DNA of 64,000 bases from Patellaria atrata CBS 101060. Lineage: Eukaryota. The stretch lies in NCBI GenBank assembly GCA_010093705.1, contig MU006090.1:2038022-2102021 (forward strand), in the 5' to 3' direction. The notes under the pieces were generated by a model. The model was not told the origin of the DNA. It was given only the letters and a program-made list of their open reading frames with translations, and did not search any database. Shown one piece after another: positions 12,714 through 25,567 of the stretch (positions are counted from its first letter, which is position 1; every line of letters starts with the position of its first letter). A program made the translations under genes and the position numbers.

Positions 12714-13246
12714 GAGGAACAGTCTTAAATGTATTACGTCGATCGTAAAATGGTCTTGAATGCTCTACGTCGATCATCGTAGGCTTAAATGGTAACTTGG
12801 CGCTGTTTTGTAAGATTCAGCCACTCAATCGGCACTTCAGTACCATAGAGCACCGCTAGTTGTGGCTCTATCTGCTCTCCTTTGATTTTTGATGATTTTG
12901 ATGTTATGGGTGGTGTTGTTCGTGGGTAGACGAGCACGTAGAGCTCTTAGAGTATTGACAACGCAGTACGGGCTTTCGTTACGTTGAGGCTGTCTTCAGT
13001 TACTTAATTTAACTTTATACTTGATTTTTTGGTGTTCTACAACACTCAAAACACCAAATGTTGTGCTCTAAAACACTCAAAAGTTGTGCTCTAAACTACT
13101 CAAACTCGCTAACAGCCTACTTGCGGTGCCGATTGAGTGGCTGAATCTTACAAAACAGCGCCAAGTTGCCATTTAAGACTGCGATGATCGACGTGGAGCA
13201 TTCAAGACTGTTTGCGATCGACGTGGTGCATATAAGACTGTTCCTC
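12714..13246. mobile_element. Non-autonomous Mutator-like (MULE/MITE) DNA transposon, 533 bp
   Basis: ~122-bp terminal inverted repeats (12714-12835 and 13126-13246) starting GAGGAAC. Perfect 9-bp TSD CATCTTCCG at 12705-12713 and 13247-13255. No coding capacity. Confidence 0.92.
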
Positions 13247-13634
13247 CATCTTCCGTCCTCACACCTCAACTTTTTTGCATCATGGATGATCCGTCGGGTA
13301 ACATAATTATCTTACTTGTTATAAATCTCGAAACCATACCTTACCTTAGATATGATGGGTCTGAAGGGACACTCATGCTTTCCCTTTGTGGAAGCCCATG
13401 TAAGTAAGGGAGCGACAACCTATGAAGTAGAAAGGACGCGAATATGGAAAGTACGATGTTACCAGCTACTTCATTTTTCATTCCTACCTTACCCCCTCTT
13501 GTAAAGGTTGATCCGTTAGGTTCTCATTTACGGATTGAACTCTCTATCCACCATTTTCTTCCGTCATCAACATGCACAGTAAGACTACAATTTCCTATTA
13601 CCCGCAACATACGTAGAATATCGAAACATTCAAT

Positions 13635-15197
13635 ATGCTCAAGAGAGCGATACTTTTTCTCTCAGTCCTAGCTGGCCTTATTGCAATTTTCGTTCTATTA
13701 GCTCTTGGAAAACTAGGCCCTAAAAAAAGCAAGAAAGCGGAGACGAACAAAGCTAGGCCAATCCGGTCTGGTTCTCATACACATACCAGTATGGCCGTTG
13801 CCCAGGAGAATCACTGTTCGTGCGGTAAGGATGTTTTTCACATCATCCTAAGGTAGTACCGCTAACCGATATAAGGACCGTGGGATGCTGATTCAGGGCG
13901 TCGAAAACGTGAGCGTCGAAATCAGATTCAGTACCCACTTGCAGTAGCGACATTGTCCGAAAAGACAGATATTAGCACGTCGAGAATATGCTTTTCCATT
14001 TGTCGAGATCTGGCAGCCACATCATCAGTTTCGAGGCCCATTCAATCGTTTAGAACTCAAGAGACAGGGGTTACTTATGACCGTTCTGATAAGGATGTGA
14101 TAACTGGATGCGATTGTTTTGCATATGACGAATGGTTTCCTGGCGCCAACGTAGTTTTGGGTGATGCGAGTACCTCTAAAGGGAGAGATTATCATATTCT
14201 TCCGGTCCACTCGCCTCCACTCAACGAACTCCTGCGCCCAACTTTTATACGACCTTCTAAAACCGACAGTCCTACTTCTACGTTCCGGAAGAATATAAAT
14301 CGCAAAACTAATATTATAACGATCATCACTCCCGCACCTGATATCGGACTTATGAAACGTTCGGAAAAGGAGATTGGTTCACAAAAAGGGACTTCACTGA
14401 TCAATTATCCCTTAGTACCAGCGAACACAGGTGGCGGCCCTTCCATCCCGTGGCATGACTGCAAGAGCATGAACTCCAAACAAAAGTCTCAGTGTCATAT
14501 CCAGCAGTGTGTTCGCAGCTACTTAACCCCTCTGACAGTCTACCACAACGGTACCACTACAGCAGCGAACGGTTCGGTTTACGAGACTGCATGGTTCTCC
14601 ACCGTGACTACTCCGCACTGGGGTATCATTAGAGCTAACTTCTCTACTACTAAACGGGAATGGTTCAAGCTTGCGACCATGGTGCCGGCTCATGATGATT
14701 GTGAAGACGAATTGGGCTGCTGGGAGCTCTGCAGAGATCGAGAAGAGGGAAAATCGCAGGCAACGATAGGGATTGCCGTATTCGCCTCCATTATCGTTGG
14801 TTTAGCCGCATTAGGGGCTCTTCTGACCTGTCTCAAACGGAAACGCCGTCGACGGAGGAGGGAGAATAGCCTTGATGGGCAGAATGATGGACAGGGTGAT
14901 GCCAGGCCCAGGGATTCGGCCGCTCTCCCTTCTGACGGGAGATGGTTCTGGTTTCTCAGAATGTCCGCACAAGGCGGGAAAAAGAAGAAACCTAAACACC
15001 GTGGCCGTACTGTAAGATTCTTGGTTGGGGATGGGCCGGTGAGGTCGCGCAGGTCGTCATCTTCGAAGCGCCCCGGCTCAAGCGAAAACCGTGATGCAAA
15101 CCGCCCCCCTGAGACGGGAGGAAGGGGAGGGATCGAGGTGATAGACGAGGAGGAAATGAGAGGGAGACCAAGGAGGAGGTCGGATGAAATAGAATGA
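13635..15197 (+). CDS. Hypothetical membrane protein with a Cys-containing ectodomain and basic cytoplasmic tail
   Basis: N-terminal hydrophobic segment. Intron 13825-13875 (GTAAGG...GCTAAC...AAG) joins in frame to ORF 13953-15197. TM helix IGIAVFASIIVGLAALGALLTCL followed by KRKRRRRRR. Confidence 0.7.
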
Positions 15198-15960
15198 GGC
15201 GTGTCAGAGAAGGTCAAAAGGTACTGATGCGAAAGTTTTACTGGTAAGGTTGTCCGGGTGATGTCGAGCTAGACGTGAATTTCTACCAAAAACGGATCTA
15301 TTGTTTCGTTGGCGGGACTTGTTATAGAAAGTTGAATAGACATTGCAGTGCGTACCTTCAAGCTTGAATCCTATACACCCATGAATTTATTCCTTACATA
15401 TATGGATCGGCCAGGAGTCGAACCCTCGACGGGTCAAAATGCCCCCATTATCTCGGCCCCCAGTTGGGGCAGCAGATGTACCACGTACCTCTTCAGCGGG
15501 CGTGGGGACTGGTTTGCCTTTTCTTTCTGACACGCTTTATGGTTGGTTTGGTCGGACTAAAGTTTAGTGGAGGACGTATAGACTCTTTTGTACTTGTAAA
15601 GTGAGAAAGAAAATCTCTAGGTAGAAGTCTGGAAGGATAAAGAGATCAAACGAAGACAGAGTCATTGCGGTACGCAAGGTGTACCAGTTCTTCAGATTAC
15701 GGCTATATTCCTAATCCCCTTTTATGTCTCATACCGATTTCGATACCTCCTCATATCACTCATACCGGAACATTGTATGATCCACTCCTTAGATCTAGTC
15801 ATAGAACGACACATCACCCGAAGAGCACGAGGGCAAAGACCCAGTATTGCCGCCAGGATGTTTCTAAGCTCTAGGCCATAACCGATTCACAACCAGAACG
15901 CCATCAGGATCATAATACACTCACTCCGTTTGAATCATTGCGAAGAACTGAAAAATACGG

Positions 15961-17356
15961 CTATGGCGTTGTCAAGAGATCCTTGACGCTCATACCTCTT
16001 CCCCCACCAGCATTTCCGCGCTCCGACCAACTTCTTCTATCCGTGTTCAGCATCAGTAATGCGGTGGTTGCCTCATGATCCTCTTTCTCGCTCGCACTAA
16101 CGGGCCGATCCGACTGAGGGAGGAGAGCGGGCGAAGTTAGTTTGAATGTAGAAAAGGCTCCGCCAGAAGGATTTTGAGCATGAATATTTGGGGAGGGCGT
16201 AGCAGTGTACCGTGAATTGTAGGGTGGTCGCTGAGTGGACGGCATGATGATAGGAGAGGTAACAGATGATGCGTAGGAGTACTGTCTGTGATCGTTGGGA
16301 AAGATAGCAGGCGATGTCGTAGCTGAATGGATCGCAGAGTGGGAAAAGTGCTGTGGCTCTGAGTTTTGCAACGCTGGAGAAGCAGTAGCAGTTGAGAGGT
16401 TCGCGTAGGAGGGTAGTTTGAACAATGGTCTCGTAGATGGATGGAAGGGAGATGTTTCTTCCGCGTCACCCATCTCTTCATCCTCCTCCTCCTCTTGGTC
16501 TTCAGCATCATCCTCTTCATCTTCCTCTGCCCGAGGGGTACCGTGCTCCTGGGTTGGAGACATATCCTCACACCCAGATGGAGTTGGTCTGAATGAACTC
16601 AGTGCGGATGACTGCCGGGTGGGTTTTGCAGCTTTCAGCTCTTCGACACACTTTTTTAGATAACTCACGTACTCGATACTGGCCTATATAAAGAAATGTT
16701 AGCGCTGCAACCAGACCACAGCGTGAGATTTGCAGATTTGCAATTGTCCATACCTGGAGGATTGCTAACTTATGCATATCCTGTCCTTCACAAGCCGGGA
16801 TCATGTTCTTCAGGACACTGAATTCCTCGTTCATTTTTGAACGTCTCCGCCGCTCGATGAGACTATGTGCCGTTTTCCGGGCAATCTTTCTACCGGCAGC
16901 TGTCGTCCCATTTGCTTTGCTTTTCCTCCCACCTCCTGCCGTTGACTGCGTGGACGCTTTTGCTGTACCTGTAGGACCCGTCGACAATTTTTTCGAATCC
17001 TCTTGTGTCTCTTGCGGTTTTGGCTTCATCTGGATGATCTTACGCGACCTCGTAGGAGGCGGGGGGAGCTCATATTCCACATCATCCACAGGCGCAGTTG
17101 CCGGATTCGGGCGTTTTCTGGACGTACTGGGTTGAGATTTGGTCACAGCTCGAGGTGATGTAGGCGAGTCCGGACGGTAAGATGAGTTTGAGTGGTTCGA
17201 GGTAGTTGTCGTAGAACTGACGCTATCTCCGGATCCGAGTATAGCAGCGGGAGGCAATTTGAAAGAGGCATCTAGACGTCCCACCTGCGGGTTATGTTTG
17301 CCTGAGATATCTGTCGAAGGAGCGGGGGTGGGTGGAAATGTAGTCGTGCGAGGCAT
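15961..17356 (-). CDS. bHLH transcription factor
   Basis: ARKTAHSLIERRRRSKMNEEFSVLKNMIPAC...MHKLAILQ|ASIEYVSYL, with an intron at about 16684-16753. Fungal C-terminal EATTALLMLNTDRR...MSVKDLL. Confidence 0.92.
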
Positions 17357-17954
17357 GATTGCGGAATGGAGAGGTGAGGTGGACTGTCTTGTTCGAATCA
17401 AGTGAATGAGCCGGAGAGCTCGAGTCTTTTCAACTTGACCATACGGGCACCTCTGAGATGCGGAGAGAAGAAAGAGGGGAGCATATCGTATGCGATTTTA
17501 GGGAATCCTGAAATATTAACATTGGTGTTACACTTGCACGTTGTCCAGGGATGTGCACACGGTTCGAGGCGGAACGTATCTGAGAAATTCAGCACGCGAC
17601 CAAATGCGCCAGTCCGATTGGATGAAAAAGCAGACTTCAACTTCACGAACAGTTCGCAAGCGGCACGTTGACGGGATATACTCGGAGAGCATTCATAAGG
17701 CCTAAGGGGGCCCTTGAGCCCATATCACTGTATCCAGCATGAAATTTTCACCGTGGCACATGTTTGAACTATCTTTTATTGGTGGTCAGCTTCAGTGTGT
17801 GGTCCCACGCATCCCACACTCGATGCAAAGGGAAAGGTATCATGCGGGTGCCCTAATATAAAACTCGAATTCGAACAATCGGGAGATATGGACAGTGGAA
17901 AGAATATTGCTGCTATTCCCCTATTGCTAATGTTTTCCAGGTTATGAACAATAA

Positions 17955-20339
17955 CTAACACCATAGCCTGCAAGTCCCATCTGCTCCAGCACTAACACAC
18001 CAGGGCTCACGTGGATGCCAATCCACATCGAACACGCCTAGACTCTTGTCAGTCACTTTGTGTCCCTTCAGTACCTTAAGTGGTACTATAGTTGCATTCT
18101 CCATCATATCTTCGACCACCTTTCCGTGGAAAATCTGTACAGTTCCGTCGTCACTTGCGTCAGCAAACAGAGGTAGGCCCCCATGATGATATTTCACAGC
18201 TCTGATAGCTTTCTTGTGATAGCGGAGAGTCTTGTAAGGCCGAGTAGAAAGATCCAGATCATGCCACAGCAGCCGTCGATCATATGAACCAACAATAAGA
18301 TTATCACCGCCAGGATGGACATCGAAAGACGATATCCACCGTGCGCCCGGCTGCAGTATCTTGATCAATTCTTGTCTCGAAAGATCATAACTTCTAATTG
18401 TGTGTTGTGTGGCGACAAAGAAGATAGGCTTGGAAGGGTGGAATTGAGCCGTTTGTGCGAGCCCTTTGAGGCGACGAAATGGAAGCTGTGTAAGATGTTT
18501 CGATAACGTATGGATCGCAACAGCGCTACTTTGTCCTTTTGGTGACACAGTTGAAAAGTAATCTCCTCTTCGATGCCAATCTATCGCCTTAACAGGTGCT
18601 CTTACGCTTATCTTGACGAGTACCCCTTGATCTAATAGTTTAGATTCGGGACGACTCCATTTCGCGGCAGGCTCCTTTTGAACAGAACTCGTTCCATTCG
18701 TGGAACTTGTAGCCGCATATCCCCAGCCCGCATCGAGTACCTCCCGGCTCAGGTTCTCTACTTCAGGGGACATAATGCTAAAAGGAGCGAGGAGGTAAAT
18801 GGCCTCACCAGCCGCTGCTGAGAGAACCATGGTGTCTTTGCTCGGTCGCCATTTTACAACATTAACAGGTTCATCTGCAATGTTGACTGTATACAACTGT
18901 CGGCCTGAACGAAGCTCCCAAATCATGACTGCACCGTCATCGCCGCCACTTGCTAAGAATAAACCACTTGGGTCTATAGCTACACTACGTACTCCTCCTT
19001 TATGACCCTTAAATAAGACAGAGCACACAGTAGGGAAGGGACGTAGCTCGTCCGGGCTGGGTAGCTTTGGGAGTAGAGCCTCGGGGTCAATGTTTAGCTT
19101 GCTCCGTCTCACTCTTGGCGCGAGATAGAGATCTAAACATCTCTCGAACCTCTCTTTAACGAATGTGTCATATCCAGGAACCTTCCTTAAGGCATCATGA
19201 TCGGTTGGGAGATATTCCCTCTCTCTATCTTCCTCGTCTTGTGCTTCCCACGCTGCTCTTTCCGCCTTGTCAGGCAGATACTCAGGAGGAGGATGGTAGC
19301 TTTCTTCATAACCCGGTGGAGATAATTTAGGGGCGGGAATATTCATCGGGTGATCTGGTCGAGGAGCTTCGTCAGCCCATAAATCGTATCCCTTGGTCTC
19401 TGGTTGTTCTTCGTCTGTAGGTGCTTTATATGGTTGGATTCGACCTTCCCTGATGGCCTTAACCATCTTCATTACACGCTTAGCCTCGTGTTTCGAAGGT
19501 ACAAATCTCCTCTTTGGCTCAGGAGCAGCGCTTAACGGCATTATTTCAGTCTTACCAGTAAAGTATTCGATCATCTCCGGGTAAGGATCGTAGCCATCTA
19601 CTGGGACCTCATTTCTCGTGAGCTTTTTTAATACCTCTAACTCCTCATTGTTTAGTTCTAGAGGCTTTCCAGTCGCAGGATCTGTAAGCCCAGTCCAACC
19701 CTTAGGTATGTCAATGCTGTCAAGGAGCGCATCCAGGGCCTCCCCTTTAGCAGGACGTTGGATTTTTTTACCGTTGATGTCATATCCAATATGAGGGTAG
19801 GAATCGTAGAAGGAAAGAGAGATGTTCCCGATGGTGTTCCCGTTATCTGGAGCGTCTGAATCATCTGAATCATACACTGGGTCTATACTCCTGTATATGT
19901 AGCGCTCGTTGCCGTTGGCGTCCTGCGTAATTATATAATTTGCTCCCTCGTCGAATCTTCTGCTCCCATCCGTTCGATCATCAAGACCTAACTCTTGGGT
20001 AGTCGCTGAGTCCGTTTCCAAGGTAGATTTATGCTTCTCCTTGGCCATCTTCCTCGCTCCTATACCGTTTGTTGGTTGGTGCGAATCACTTTCGCCTTCA
20101 TCTTCTGAGGGTATTTCGTCGCTATCCAGCTCATCCTCCTCTTCCTCATCAAGCTGGTCTTCACTGTTTTCGTCATCGAGGCTTTCGTCATTATCGTCGT
20201 CGTCGTTCTCGCTTTCGCTTTGCGACAAAATACCGTCTAACAGCCCACTCTGGAATTCATCCTCCTCCGTGGGATTTTGCTCAATTGTGGGGGCTTCGCG
20301 TAGGATTAGCTTACGCTTCCGACCTTGAGAACCTTGCAT
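17955..20339 (-). CDS. ERB1: Ribosome biogenesis protein Erb1/BOP1
   Basis: BOP1NT motifs ([43 protein letters not shown]) plus C-terminal WD40 repeats. ATG at 20339. Confidence 0.97.
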   Translation of the reverse strand: MQGSQGRKRKLILREAPTIEQNPTEEDEFQSGLLDGILSQSESENDDDDNDESLDDENSEDQLDEEEEDELDSDEIPSEDEGESDSHQPTNGIGARKMAKEKHKSTLETDSATTQELGLDDRTDGSRRFDEGANYIITQDANGNERYIYRSIDPVYDSDDSDAPDNGNTIGNISLSFYDSYPHIGYDINGKKIQRPAKGEALDALLDSIDIPKGWTGLTDPATGKPLELNNEELEVLKKLTRNEVPVDGYDPYPEMIEYFTGKTEIMPLSAAPEPKRRFVPSKHEAKRVMKMVKAIREGRIQPYKAPTDEEQPETKGYDLWADEAPRPDHPMNIPAPKLSPPGYEESYHPPPEYLPDKAERAAWEAQDEEDREREYLPTDHDALRKVPGYDTFVKERFERCLDLYLAPRVRRSKLNIDPEALLPKLPSPDELRPFPTVCSVLFKGHKGGVRSVAIDPSGLFLASGGDDGAVMIWELRSGRQLYTVNIADEPVNVVKWRPSKDTMVLSAAAGEAIYLLAPFSIMSPEVENLSREVLDAGWGYAATSSTNGTSSVQKEPAAKWSRPESKLLDQGVLVKISVRAPVKAIDWHRRGDYFSTVSPKGQSSAVAIHTLSKHLTQLPFRRLKGLAQTAQFHPSKPIFFVATQHTIRSYDLSRQELIKILQPGARWISSFDVHPGGDNLIVGSYDRRLLWHDLDLSTRPYKTLRYHKKAIRAVKYHHGGLPLFADASDDGTVQIFHGKVVEDMMENATIVPLKVLKGHKVTDKSLGVFDVDWHPREPWCVSAGADGTCRLWC

Positions 20340-20650
20340 CGTGGTGGGAGTTACAGTTCGTTTGACCAAAATTAGTTGTCTTGAAAGTTTTCTCAAAGGG
20401 TCCGTGCTGCACAGAAAAGTTTCGGCACGGCTTCTCGAACATCAACACTTCCCTCCCCGCAACCTTCTTCCAAGCCGCAAGACTCACCTCAACATCTACC
20501 TTTCAACATCGAGGCCCTTTTGTCTATCGTTGATAATTACTATTTACATCCTACTCCCAGATATCAAGCTGTTGATGAGGTTGCTGTTCAACTCATCGAC
20601 CTCCTCTGGCCAAGTCTAGTAATACTCACTTAGCTCTTTGGCCTGCCAAC

Positions 20651-23600
20651 ATGGCCGGTCCAGGAGACAAACGCTCACCGTCGCCAACAGGCTCCATCGC
20701 CTCCAAGCGCGATCGCGATCGCGATCGCGGACGAAATACCGATCGATACGATAAAACTCGACGCGGTGATGATCGAGCTAAACACGGTCGGCGAAGTAGG
20801 TCGCCGGAGCGCAAGAGCAGGAGTCGGAGTGCAGCAGCAAATACCGAAGTTAGTAACCCTTCTATGAATAACAAACCAATTCACCCAAGAGCACATGTGC
20901 CTGATTACTTTACACGTCTCCTCTTTGCTAGAGATCATGCAGCAAAAGATCAGACTGACGTATTGCAAATTTTATAGAAAGACCGTGGCCACCCTAACTC
21001 GCGCGGGGTGAAGGATCGCATCTCTGACCGTCGTGACAGCGATCGCCGTGATGATCGACGTAACGACCGCCGTTCTGACCGCCGAGAGGGACGTCGAGAC
21101 GAGCGCCGTGATGACCGTAGATATGATCATCGCGACGAGCGTCGAGATGACCGCAGGGCCGACGACCATCATTACCGACCAGATCGACGTGAACGTTCCC
21201 CCAACTCCAGATATCGTGAGAGATCGTCTGTGAGAGACCGACGACATCGTAGCAGAAGTAAAGACCGTCGAGAGAGGCGAGAAAACTCTCGAGATCGGGC
21301 CCGTCTACGAGACGATGATTCTGCTGACTCTAGGCGTCGACATCGACGCGATAATAGTAGGGACCGACCAGCAAACGAGCGTTCAAATGATAAAAGCGAT
21401 GAGGTACGTAAATTGATCTACATATGGAATATGATTCGCTAACTCGGGACCTTGGTCAGCCAAATTTGAAGAGGAAAAATCAAGAAAACGATGATGCGGA
21501 GGCCAAGAGGAGGTTAGCCAAACTCGAAGCATGGAAAGCTAAACAACTCGCGCAGAAAGAACAGAAGCGTAAGGAGGAAGAAGCTATGAGCGGGAATCAA
21601 ATCCTTCAAGCGATGGAAAAGAGAGAGAACGCTGTAACAGATGCCTCAAATCAAAATCCGGAGAAGATTGTAGCAGAGGTCACAGACAACAAGTCGGATA
21701 AGACTCTAGCAGAGGTCATAAATCCATTCGCCGGTAAATATGACCCCAAAGAACTTGCTAAAAAGTCCGGAACATCATCGACTCCTGCTACTCTTGGTGC
21801 AGATCTTCCTGTTCCACTTAACGGGTCAATACCTAAGACGTCCTCCTCGAGTTCTATTCAGGAACCTGATCAAGCTCCACCATCACTATTCATGAAAAAG
21901 TCAGCAAAAATTAGCCGCTTTGGATTTTCTGGGAAGACAAATGCGGAATCGGAAAATACCGCGAACAAGGCAGGGCTGGGCTTTGAGGACGAAGAATCTT
22001 CTAAGAAGAAGTTGCAGAAGCTTTCACCAACTATGCCAGTAGAATCTTTATCTACGATTGGTGATCCTATGGTTATTGATGGTGCTACTGAAGCCGCAGA
22101 TGCTAGCAAAGAAGACGAGAATATCAATGGAAACGATCGGAGTACATCATCCAAAGCTTCTAAAGTGCAAGATTCACAGAAGAAGGCCGCTTCCGAGGAT
22201 ACACCGATGAAGGATGTAGCCGCATATGATCCAGTAACTGGAGAAGAACTGGACCCCGTCGATGCGTACCTGAGCACCCTTACGTTTCCGGATGAAAACA
22301 AGCCCCAAAAGTTCAGCAGGAAGCTCAAGAAGGAAGTCAACGAAACCATTCTCGATGATGAAAATAATGAGTTGGATGCAGTTGAACTAGGAGATCCGGA
22401 AGATATTTTAGCTCTTGCTAACAAGAAAAAGAGAAAAGAGATCCCCATTGTCGACCACTCCAAAGTCGAGTATATTCCCTTTAGGAAAAACTTCTATGTC
22501 GAACCACAAGAATACGCGGATATGACTGAGGAAGAGCTTGCTGATCTACGTTTAGAATTAGATGGCATCAAGATACGTGCACCTGCTAACGTCAAGGTTC
22601 CTAAACCTGTTCAGAGTTGGGGCCAGTGCGGTCTGAACGTTCCAACAATGGAAGTAATCAGAAAGCTAGGCTACGAGAAACCTTCTGCGATCCAGACCCA
22701 AGCCATTCCTGCAATCATGGCCGGTTTGGATGTCATTGGTGTGGCAAAGACTGGTTCGGGGAAGACCGTCGCTTTCTTACTTCCCATGTTCCGTCATATT
22801 CTTGATCAGCCCAAACTCACAGCCAGAGACGGTCCTATTGCCATCATTATGGCGCCAACTAGAGAGCTTGCTGTTCAAATACACAAAGACGCTGCTAATT
22901 TCGCAAGGAAGGTAGGCTTGCGTGCCGTTTGTTGCTACGGTGGTGCTCCCATCAAAGACCAAATCGCGGAACTAAAACGAGGTTGTGAAATCGTTATTGT
23001 CACTCCCGGACGTTTTGTGGATCTACTTACGTCAAACTCTGGCAGGTTAACAAACCTTCGTCGCGTTACTTATGTAGTTCTCGATGAAGCGGACAGAATG
23101 TTTGACATGGGTTTTGAACCTCAAGTAACTCGTATCCTTCAGAATGTTCGGCCCGACCGTCAGACGGTTCTATTCTCCGCTACTATGCCGCCAAAATTGG
23201 AGGGTCTGGTCCGGAAGACGATGAGGAAGCCTGTCGAGATCACTGTCGGCGGCAGAAGTGTTGTCGCGCCAGAAATTACTCAAATGATAGAAATTCGTCC
23301 GGAGAACAGCAAATTATTCCGTGTTCTTGAACTACTCGGAGAACTGTTCGAAAATGACGAGGATGCTCGAAGCTTGATATTTGTTGAACGTCAAGAAACC
23401 GCGGACATAGTCTTACGCGATCTCATGCGCAAAGGTTATCCGTGTCAATCTATCCATGGCGCTAAAGATCAGATCGACCGCGATTCTGCAATAGATGACT
23501 TCAAGAACGGAGTAATTCCCGTTTTGGTTGCCACATCCGTTGCTGCCCGTGGACTTGATGTTAAGCAACTGAAGTTGGTTATCAATTACGATTCACCTAG

Positions 23601-24501
23601 CCATCTCGAAGACTACGTACATCGTGCCGGTCGTACAGGTAGAGCTGGCAACCTTGGTACCGCAGTCACATTCCTCACTCCGGAGCAAGAACGCTATGCC
23701 CCTGATATTGCGAAAGCTTTAAAGCAAAGTGGACAACCTATCCCTGAAGAGCTACAAAAACTCGTAGATTCCCATCTACAGAAAGTCAAAGAAGGTAAAG
23801 CTAAAGCAACTGGATTAGGCTTTGGAGGCAAAGGTTTGGAACATATTGCAGCAGAACGAGAAGCCATGCGTGGCCGTGAACGCGGTCAGTACAAGACCGG
23901 CGACGACCCGGAGGACGACAAGGACGATAAGACGGCAGGGATCGAAATCGTCGTCAAGTCCTCTTCAGACCCCACCCCGAGCGCAGCGGCCGATACTTCA
24001 GGCATTGGAGAGCCTCTTATTGTTGTTCACAAACGCGCCCCACCTCCTGCATCGAAACCTGGCAAACCTCTCGACAAGTTGGAACAAGTGCGTCTTGCCG
24101 CTGCGAGTATCAATGGCCGTCTCACCCAACAAGGTCAACTCCGGGGCGGACAACCTGTCGACAACAAAGGCCCAGATGCTGGCGCATTCCATGCTACGCT
24201 TGAGATCAATGACTATCCCCAGAAAGCTCGCTGGGCAGTCACTAATCGTACCAATGTTGCTAAGATCTTGGACGCCACTGGCACTTCCATCACAACTAAA
24301 GGATCGTACTACCCTACAGGTAAAGAGCCAAATCTCGATAAGGGGGACAATCCCAAGTTGTATATTCTTGTGGAAGGCGATACAGAAATCGTGGTCAAGA
24401 CGGCGATGCACGAGTTGGTACGTCTACTGAAGGAAGGTACTATTGCTTCCAGCGAGTTCAGTCATAGGGCTGCTCCTACCGGTAAATATAAGGTGCTCTA
24501 G
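20651..24501 (+). CDS. PRP5: Pre-mRNA-processing DEAD-box helicase Prp5/DDX46
   Basis: RD/RS-rich N-terminus, DPVD (DPLD-like) motif, AKTGSGKT, PTRELA, DEAD, SAT, HRAGRTGR and C-terminal LEINDYPQKARWAVTN. Introns at about 20849-20977 and 21404-21459. Confidence 0.97.
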
Positions 24502-25567
24502 GCGACTGTCGTATAAGGTATCTGCATATGCTTTTGGTATGGCGCATCGGTGGGCTCAGCATGGTTACGGCGTTGGGAAAGGGTATCAGCGTTGGTAATG
24601 CTGTACCTAGAGAGCATCTGTCCTGGTATGTGGTGAACATCCTTTGTTATAGATGGAGGTTATGGACTGGGTAAAAGACCTCGCCCATTCGGATGGATGA
24701 CCATCCTGAGGTAATCTGTATATTTAGTACAACTTCTGCCTCGTTGCTAGTTAGCTGTAGGGGCAGTAGTAGAAATTCAAATTCTGAAAATATCTTGCGT
24801 ATTTCCTCCGGTGCTGTCCCCAACCCCCTCTAGTATTTCTTTTCGTACAATCCTCTCCGTTTTCGTGGTCGGCATTCCTGGTCGTGATATATTTGGTATA
24901 TATACACTCCAGACAGATTTTCGCCACAGAGTACCCTGTTGCATTTACGATGGTCAAATTGCTTTCTACAACAACCGTACAGTAGACGAGGGGTGTACAT
25001 CTAAGGATTCATACAGTGTAGAGCCATCTGTACGATCCATTGACCTCCGTGTGAACAGTACGAAGCAAAATCCCAGAGTGCCTCAGAAAGGAGAGAGCTA
25101 CCTTTTCTGGCATTGCGGTGAACCAGGATAGATATAACCAGGGCCAGATCACCGAGGATATATGTGACTCAAAACGTGGGTGATCCAAAGTCGGGTTGAT
25201 CTAGGGGGAGGTTATGGCTTAAGGGAGAGGCGAGTGTGCCTTGCCCGTCAATGCAGTTATTCCTGCAAAAGAGTATGATGAAGAGGAACCATAGTATCTT
25301 CGATTTACACAATCAAGCCACGACTTTTATTTGATCTCTCACTATGGAGTAATTCTAAGCCCAGTGCCTAGAACAAATGCATATCTACCCTTTTCAACCC
25401 TTCCAAGGGGTAATTTGGAAACTATATAGTATAGCTTCGATTCCGAAAGATGAGCACTATGGGTATCATCCCTATCCTGGCCGTATACTCGTTAATCATC
25501 CTCGCATAATCTGTCACCCGACACTTCATACTCTCTCCTACCGACGGCACATCCTAATAAGGTCGCT

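Noticed and set aside
15470..15500. CTGAAGA plus a short stem on the minus strand resembling a hammerhead core
   Set aside because: The required GAAA after stem II is absent.
24811..25131. 106-aa ORF between PRP5 and the zinc-finger gene
   Set aside because: No ATG start and no recognisable motif; cannot be supported as a gene.
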